Assembly (NCBI GenBank): GCA_008369845.1
Contig: MRSU01006904.1
Location: 1-59,575, forward strand
DNA length: 59,575 nt
Reading direction: 5' to 3'
Origin: Trichomonas gallinae
Taxonomy: Eukaryota
Under the pieces are notes generated by a model. It worked only from the letters and a program-made list of their open reading frames with translations, ran no database searches and was not told the origin of the DNA. This document shows, piece by piece, positions 53,710 to 59,575 of the stretch. How positions within the stretch are numbered: position 1 is the stretch's first letter; each line of letters begins with the position of its first letter. The position numbers and the translations under genes are program-made.

Positions 53710-55734
53710 TTAGATGCCAAGATCAGGATCTTCTTCATCGTTGTTGAACTTGAAGACGTCGACGGTTGTTTCTTCGTGGTAGTCAGTAGCGAAGACGTCG
53801 TCACTCTGCGGGATACCAGTAGAGAAGAGTGGGTTGTCGACAGTTTGCGATACAGAGCCTGGAGCAGGAGTGATGCAGGACTCGCTGATTTCTTCGTCGC
53901 CTTCTGTTGTAGTGTCATCCTTGAATGCGTCGTATGTGAACATTCTCTTGCGGAGGTAGATGACACCAATGACAAGGAGGACAATGACTGCGATAAGGTT
54001 GAGAACTGTGAGGACCCAGACAATCGGCATCTTGGACTTGTATTTATTAACATCATCTGTATCGATTTTATCTGGTCCTTTATTGGATGTTGACGATGAT
54101 GATGGAGAAATTGGCTCTTCACCTGGTGCGTAGCATTGACCACCTTCCTCGCAAATGCGGACAGGAACGTGCTTGCTGGAACCTGTTGAGTTGTAGTTAT
54201 CCATGACATAGAAGTTAAAGTCATGGAGACCAGCTGGAATCTCGCTGGGTACGTCAAGGTTGAATGCGAATGGTGGTAGGTTCTCTACAATCGTGTGATT
54301 GCCGAGTAAGCGATAGTCGTATTTCTCTCCTGGCTGTGCAAAGATCGAAATGATCTGACCAAGATCTTTGTCTGCGACTTCACCGAAGATAACCATATCA
54401 GTGTGGCCTTTAATGTAGGCTGGGTCTGATGCGAAAACGGAAACAAGCTCTGGGGCATTTGGTGGGCTGAGCTTGAAGATTTTTTCTTCAACAGTTGAGA
54501 CAATACCATATCGATCTTCAGCCCAAAAACGGAAGTGGTAAAACTTACCAGATTTGAGCTCTGTTGGGAACGGGAATTCCGTAGTGAAAGAACCTCTGTT
54601 AAATTTAACATTTGTTGCCTGTAGTACTTTGGAATTGTTGAATTGGTACAAGAACTTGAGCTGGCCCAGTGCATCATCATCAATGCTACCTGCTAAGCTG
54701 ATTTTATCAAAGGGGAAATACTCTTCTTTAGGCTTTGTGGATAAAGCCAACTTTGGTGAGTTATTAGCAATGTAGGATCTTTTAACTGTGTTTGACAATA
54801 CACCAGATTTTTTGTCTTTTGCAGAGCATATAAATGATGATTGGAACATGGAAGCAGATGTTTCAACTTCAAAGACTGCGCTCTTTTGGTTTTCAGTCGG
54901 TTTGAATGTAAATTCTTTGTACTCATAGTGCCTGGTATCTGGTTGAATCATAACAAGAATTTCATCGGAGTTATCATAATCAACTACTCTGCATTTAACT
55001 TTAAATTTTTGTTGGGGCGCATAAGTATTTTTCCATTCAGTATCATCGTAAACGATTGGAGGGCTGTTGAAATTAATTCCAGCACCGACGGCAAAGCCTA
55101 ATGTAATTGATTTTTCAGCTGGCACTACTTGGTCAATCCATGAGAAAGCATATACACTGTCAGAGGTTGTTTTTGTGGCCGTTCCATTCATGAAATAAGG
55201 ATAGAAGTTGGGGTCAAACATTGCTGTCTCAGGCATGTCTCCGACGTAGATAGTATTCACGCTTGGATAATTCTGGAAATAACGGACGAATGTAGTATAG
55301 TTATATGTATTGCCTGATGTAACATAGAAGCCTCTTTCACTTTCTAACATTGTAATCGGAGCATTGTCATCGTCATTGAATCCGCAATCAGCGAAAACAC
55401 CGAGAGAGACCTTCTTGTCGAAGAATCCATTATTCTTGATGTTGAATTCAATGGAATTAAACTTTCCCTTTATGTTCTGTGAAATTTTATATGAAAATGT
55501 AACATCATGGAATGTGATTGGTTCATTTTGATTATATTTAAGGAGGGTACTATAAACCATTCCTTCTTCATCGGTAACATTTAACTTAACAAAGAAACCT
55601 CTGCCTTTATATGTCAAGTTAACTACACCTTCTGAAGAGTTGTGGAACTTAAGATCGAACAGGGCATTAGAGTCTGTTGGTTTTTCGAGCACGAAAGCAT
55701 CACTACGCACTTTCGCGAGGAACAACGAAAACAT
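53710..55734 (-). CDS. Type-I membrane surface protein (Ig/cadherin-like, Bap-like ectodomain) with acidic cytosolic tail; paralog A
   Basis: Short signal-like N-terminus MFSLFLAKVRS (ATG 55734), N.PP/N.AP domain linkers, S/T stalk, TM IVWVLTVLNLIAVIVLLVIGVIYL, and a tail with YDAF and DNPLF. Confidence 0.88.
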   Translation of the reverse strand: MFSLFLAKVRSDAFVLEKPTDSNALFDLKFHNSSEGVVNLTYKGRGFFVKLNVTDEEGMVYSTLLKYNQNEPITFHDVTFSYKISQNIKGKFNSIEFNIKNNGFFDKKVSLGVFADCGFNDDDNAPITMLESERGFYVTSGNTYNYTTFVRYFQNYPSVNTIYVGDMPETAMFDPNFYPYFMNGTATKTTSDSVYAFSWIDQVVPAEKSITLGFAVGAGINFNSPPIVYDDTEWKNTYAPQQKFKVKCRVVDYDNSDEILVMIQPDTRHYEYKEFTFKPTENQKSAVFEVETSASMFQSSFICSAKDKKSGVLSNTVKRSYIANNSPKLALSTKPKEEYFPFDKISLAGSIDDDALGQLKFLYQFNNSKVLQATNVKFNRGSFTTEFPFPTELKSGKFYHFRFWAEDRYGIVSTVEEKIFKLSPPNAPELVSVFASDPAYIKGHTDMVIFGEVADKDLGQIISIFAQPGEKYDYRLLGNHTIVENLPPFAFNLDVPSEIPAGLHDFNFYVMDNYNSTGSSKHVPVRICEEGGQCYAPGEEPISPSSSSTSNKGPDKIDTDDVNKYKSKMPIVWVLTVLNLIAVIVLLVIGVIYLRKRMFTYDAFKDDTTTEGDEEISESCITPAPGSVSQTVDNPLFSTGIPQSDDVFATDYHEETTVDVFKFNNDEEDPDLGI

Positions 55735-57141
55735 CGAAAAATTTGAATTTTTTTTCAAAGTATTCAAATGATTTCTGAAGGAGAAAATAATGTCGGTCAA
55801 ACATTATCGGTGTTAATGAATGATGCGCAAATAGATTTTTTCAAAATTCAGTGTGGACTCAATAATTTAAAATATTTCTCAATTTTAAATCTTGCTTTTT
55901 GTTTCTTTTGTTAAGCGTTTTTTCATTACTGTTTGATGGGGATAATAGTGTAGCTATAACGGGGCCGATTTACTATAATTTATTAAAAAAATGCCATTTA
56001 TTGTACTTTTTTGATTAGTTTACATAGTGTCATTCAAACCATCGCATTATCGATAACTATGACATCATTAAACTCGATACTACATGATACAGTAATTGGA
56101 AACTATCAATTGCCACTTTTACAAATCGATTTTTTTGATAAATTTACATTGTAAACCATTGTGATCATCTCTCTAAAATACTAATAGAATGACGAATATG
56201 ATAACGAAATTTTCTGAAACCTTTGAATTCGTTTTACATCTAAAATTCATTCCAATTGTTATATCTAATCTTTACCATTCATGGGCATTCCAAAAATCCA
56301 TATATTTTTAATCTGGCAACGAGTTTAAAAATGGCATATTTAATTCCATCGTATTTCTTTTTGTTTGATACTATTGTAATACTTTTTGTTGTTTTCTTCG
56401 TCCTCCGAATAAAAAAGTGACAAATCAAAGTCTGGCGATTTTTAAAATCCAGGGTTATTTCACTTTTTATTCCCCTAATTAGAGTCGAGTATATTAAACC
56501 TTGAAATATTACATGCTTTAATATACCAGGAAAGTTACCTATTTGTCCATACCATTTTCCAAACTCAAATCTGACTCATATTTCCTTATTGCATGCATTT
56601 TCTCATCTTCCATATACATTATATTGTTATTACCGTTCTTTATTTCACTTGAAATGCTATCTGCAGCAACATCGGATTTCATGTCGCATAAATTTTAGCT
56701 TATTTGCATTCATTTGTTTACCATCGAATTTACTTGTTGTAAGCTATTGCATATTTGCATATTATGCTTTCATTACCGCATGATCACTATAATTGCTTTG
56801 ATATTTAAGATAATCAGCAAATTTCTTTCTTTCTCTATTATATAAAAACCGCACATATTTAGTATGAACATGCATTAAAGGTCGAAAAACAATATTGATT
56901 TTATTCAATATTGAAAAATATGCTCTCATCTCATATATATTGACACATGGATAGTATACAAAAATTACCATTCCGATATTCTATTTCAAGAGTAGTTTAT
57001 TATAATTTTGACGTTTGTCAGAATTTCAAAAATTATGTCATAAATTTTGTCAAAATATGTAAGTTGGATTAATAAAGTATATCAATAGATTATTGTTATA
57101 AAAAAATAGATTAATTCATCAAAAGAGATGATTAGAGTTGT

Positions 57142-59175
57142 TTAAATGCCAAGATCAGGGTTTTCTTCATCATTGTTGAACTTGAAGACGTCGACAGTTG
57201 TTTCTTCGTGGAAATCTTCAGCGAAAACTTCGTCACTCTGCGGGATACCAGACGTGAAGAGCGGGTTGTCAGCAGTTGCAGACACAGAGCCTGGAGTTGG
57301 GGTGATAGCTGATTCGCTGAGTTCTTCGGCTCCTTCTGTTGTCGTGTCGTCGTTGAATGCGTCGTATGAATTCATACGCTTGCGGATCCAGAAGACGCCA
57401 ATGACAAGAAGGATAATGACAGCGATGATGTTGAGGACTGTGAGAGTCCAGATAACTGACTTCTTGGACTTGTAGTCTCTGTATTGATTAGGAGTGTCTT
57501 GATCTGCACGATTGCTAGTTGTAGATGTAGTTGGTTTCGTTGTTGGGTTGAATGTTACTGGTGACTCGGATGGTGGGTCAGCGCACTCTGTGCCTGGCTC
57601 GCAGACACGGACTCTGACGGAGTTACCTTTGCCTGTTGTATTTGTGTCATCAACGACATCGAACAAAAGATCACGAATGCCAACTGGAACTTCCTTAGGA
57701 ATATCATACAGAAATGCGAATGGTGGATTAATCTTTTCGATCAAATGCTTGCCAAGTTCTGTTTGAGGATAATCTGGACCTGGCTTACCGTAGATAGTCA
57801 TTACCTGACCGACATCCTTGTCTGTGACTTCTCCAAACACAATTAAATTTGTGCGGCCTTTGATGTAAGCTGGATCTGATGCATAAACAGAGAGAAGTTC
57901 TGGTGCATTCGGTGGCTTGAGCATAAATTTGAAGCTCTTCTTCTCTGAAACGGCGCCGTCACCATCTTGGACCCAAATGTAAAGTGTGTGCTCTTTTCCT
58001 GGCTTAAGTTGCTGTGGAATCACAGCGTCCAATAAGACATCTGTAGGTTCTCCATTAATGCGAAGCAATCCGCCGACTTGGAAGATTAAACCATTATCAA
58101 ATTGATATTTCATGTAGAGAGACTCGTCATCAGTGAGTGTGCATTTGACAGCTATTTGCTCGTGTGGGTAATACTCTGTCTTCTCTGGAGCTTTGATTTC
58201 GATTGTTGGAGCATCGTTAGAAAAGATAAGACCAGTGACTTCGTTTGAAATATAGTCTCTTGAGTCCTTGGCCCAGCATTTGTAAGGTGTAGCAGGCTCC
58301 TCAGGGCTAATCGTTTTAGAGATATAACCAATTTTGTTGTCTGCAGTCGGATGGAAGACCTTTGTCTCTGGTTCGCCATTGAAGATCGATATGAACATTG
58401 TAACTGTGTCGGAGGTGTCATAATCGACAACTTTGCACTTGATTTCAACTTGGTCATCTGGTGAATATGTTCCTTTGATGTTTGATACATCAAACACGCG
58501 TGGTGGTGTGTCAAAGTTGACGCCTGCACCAAGTGTGAAGCCCAATTTGAGAGTTGTCTCACCCATAATTTCCTTATCTTTCCAAGAGAAGGCAAAAACG
58601 CTATCTGATGATGTCTTGGCGACTTGCTCATTCTTGAAATATGGGTAGTAGCTTGGATCGTACATTGTTGTCTCGGCCAAGTCTCCAATGAAAACTGTAT
58701 CAACGTTAGGGAAGCTACCGAAGTCGCGAATGAATGTTGTGTAGCTGTACTTCGCTGAAGATACAAAGAAACCTCTTCCATCTGCTAATTGTGTGATTGG
58801 TGCGTTATCATTATTATCGAATCCGCAATCAGCGAATATACCGAGGTCAACTTTCTTAGGGAAGAATCCAGAGTTGTAAATATTGAATGTTACTGTATAA
58901 AGATTTGTTTTAGTGTCGAAATTCTCGCTCCAGGAAATTGTAAGTTCGTTAATTTTGGTTTCTTTTCTGTTGTCATATCTCAATAAGGATGTTTTGACAT
59001 TTCCTTCTTCGTCTGTAACGTTAATCTTCACAAAGAAACCTCTATTTTTATAAGTAATCGGAACAAAGCCTGAAGATGCGTTCAAGAACTTAAGATCAAA
59101 TGCAGCATCCTTATCGGTTGGTTTGATCATTGCGAATGCATCACCATACACTTTGGTGATGAATAAAGAAAGCAT
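57142..59175 (-). CDS. Type-I membrane surface protein, tandem paralog B
   Basis: Collinear with 53710..55734. Signal-like MLSLFITKVYG, T-rich stalk, TM VIWTLTVLNIIAVIILLVIGVFWI and a near-identical tail. Confidence 0.9.
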   Translation of the reverse strand: MLSLFITKVYGDAFAMIKPTDKDAAFDLKFLNASSGFVPITYKNRGFFVKINVTDEEGNVKTSLLRYDNRKETKINELTISWSENFDTKTNLYTVTFNIYNSGFFPKKVDLGIFADCGFDNNDNAPITQLADGRGFFVSSAKYSYTTFIRDFGSFPNVDTVFIGDLAETTMYDPSYYPYFKNEQVAKTSSDSVFAFSWKDKEIMGETTLKLGFTLGAGVNFDTPPRVFDVSNIKGTYSPDDQVEIKCKVVDYDTSDTVTMFISIFNGEPETKVFHPTADNKIGYISKTISPEEPATPYKCWAKDSRDYISNEVTGLIFSNDAPTIEIKAPEKTEYYPHEQIAVKCTLTDDESLYMKYQFDNGLIFQVGGLLRINGEPTDVLLDAVIPQQLKPGKEHTLYIWVQDGDGAVSEKKSFKFMLKPPNAPELLSVYASDPAYIKGRTNLIVFGEVTDKDVGQVMTIYGKPGPDYPQTELGKHLIEKINPPFAFLYDIPKEVPVGIRDLLFDVVDDTNTTGKGNSVRVRVCEPGTECADPPSESPVTFNPTTKPTTSTTSNRADQDTPNQYRDYKSKKSVIWTLTVLNIIAVIILLVIGVFWIRKRMNSYDAFNDDTTTEGAEELSESAITPTPGSVSATADNPLFTSGIPQSDEVFAEDFHEETTVDVFKFNNDEENPDLGI

Positions 59176-59539
59176 TTTTTAAAAATTAATTATGATACTT
59201 GTTCTCTCAATTTTTGAAAGAGTCTGTTCGATAATTGAAAAGTTTACATGAAAAACCAAATCAGATCAAAACTTGAAAATTATAACCTATAGATTATGGG
59301 TACTAGAAATATCAGATTATTTTTGATTGACAAATCTTGATTGAATTATTTTCAATTTTCCCAGAAAAGTTAGTCGATAATATCAGCTCATTTTTACAGC
59401 ACAATGAGCATATTCATTTTATCATTTTTCTTATTCACACAGAATTTTATTCTAAGTTTAAAATCATCATTATCATGAATATTTAATATTGAAATAAAAG
59501 AGGGGGAACTCCACTTTTTGGGAAATTTTTAAAAGTGAC

Positions 59540-59575
59540 ATGATAAAAACGCCTCCTGCAGCTCCATCTAACGTT
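59540..59575 (+). CDS. Possible start of a gene truncated by the window edge (MIKTPPAAPSNV...)
   Basis: ATG at 59540 directly after AAAAGTGAC. GC content rises and the frame is open to the end of the window, but only 12 codons are visible. Confidence 0.3.
   Translation, partial: MIKTPPAAPSNV

Noticed and set aside
1..59575. Prokaryotic systems, CRISPR arrays, rRNA, tRNA or intact transposases
   Set aside because: I saw no regularly spaced repeat-spacer array, cloverleaf, rRNA-like segment or transposase/integrase ORF. Gene content is eukaryotic.

Overview
This is AT-rich, apparently intron-less eukaryotic DNA from a parabasalid, most likely Trichomonas vaginalis or a close relative. Support: TCA(T/C)T initiator elements just upstream of ATGs, an IBD-family transcription factor, a close TvMyb3 paralog, expanded CAMK-group kinases and VPGID-type ankyrin remnants. 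About 24 protein genes are present. Nine are paralogous non-RD CAMK-group kinases in two clusters, and one of these is a clear pseudokinase. The others are a SNF1/MARK-like kinase, a PH-BEACH-WD40 protein, a kelch protein, a 3R-Myb, a PP5-like phosphatase, a DNAI7/CASC1-like protein, a RABL6-like GTPase, an IBD factor, a bacterial-type GH3 NagZ-like hexosaminidase, a ricin-fold protein, two tandem type-I surface proteins and several unknowns. Four main signals are not explained by the ORF track. (1) An 11-bp element, TTTAC(A/G)TG(T/G/A)CA, occurs about 13 times, mostly upstream of non-kinase genes. (2) A second element, CTCACAAA, often with TGGCC(A), lies upstream of kinase, kelch and transcription-factor genes; the two elements mark largely different gene sets. 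(3) A frameshifted SET-domain methyltransferase pseudogene sits between degenerate direct repeats and next to a dispersed ~82-bp repeat. (4) A TTTGTTT element follows many stop codons. I found no rRNA, tRNA, CRISPR array or intact transposase. All family calls come from motif recognition by eye, not from database searches.
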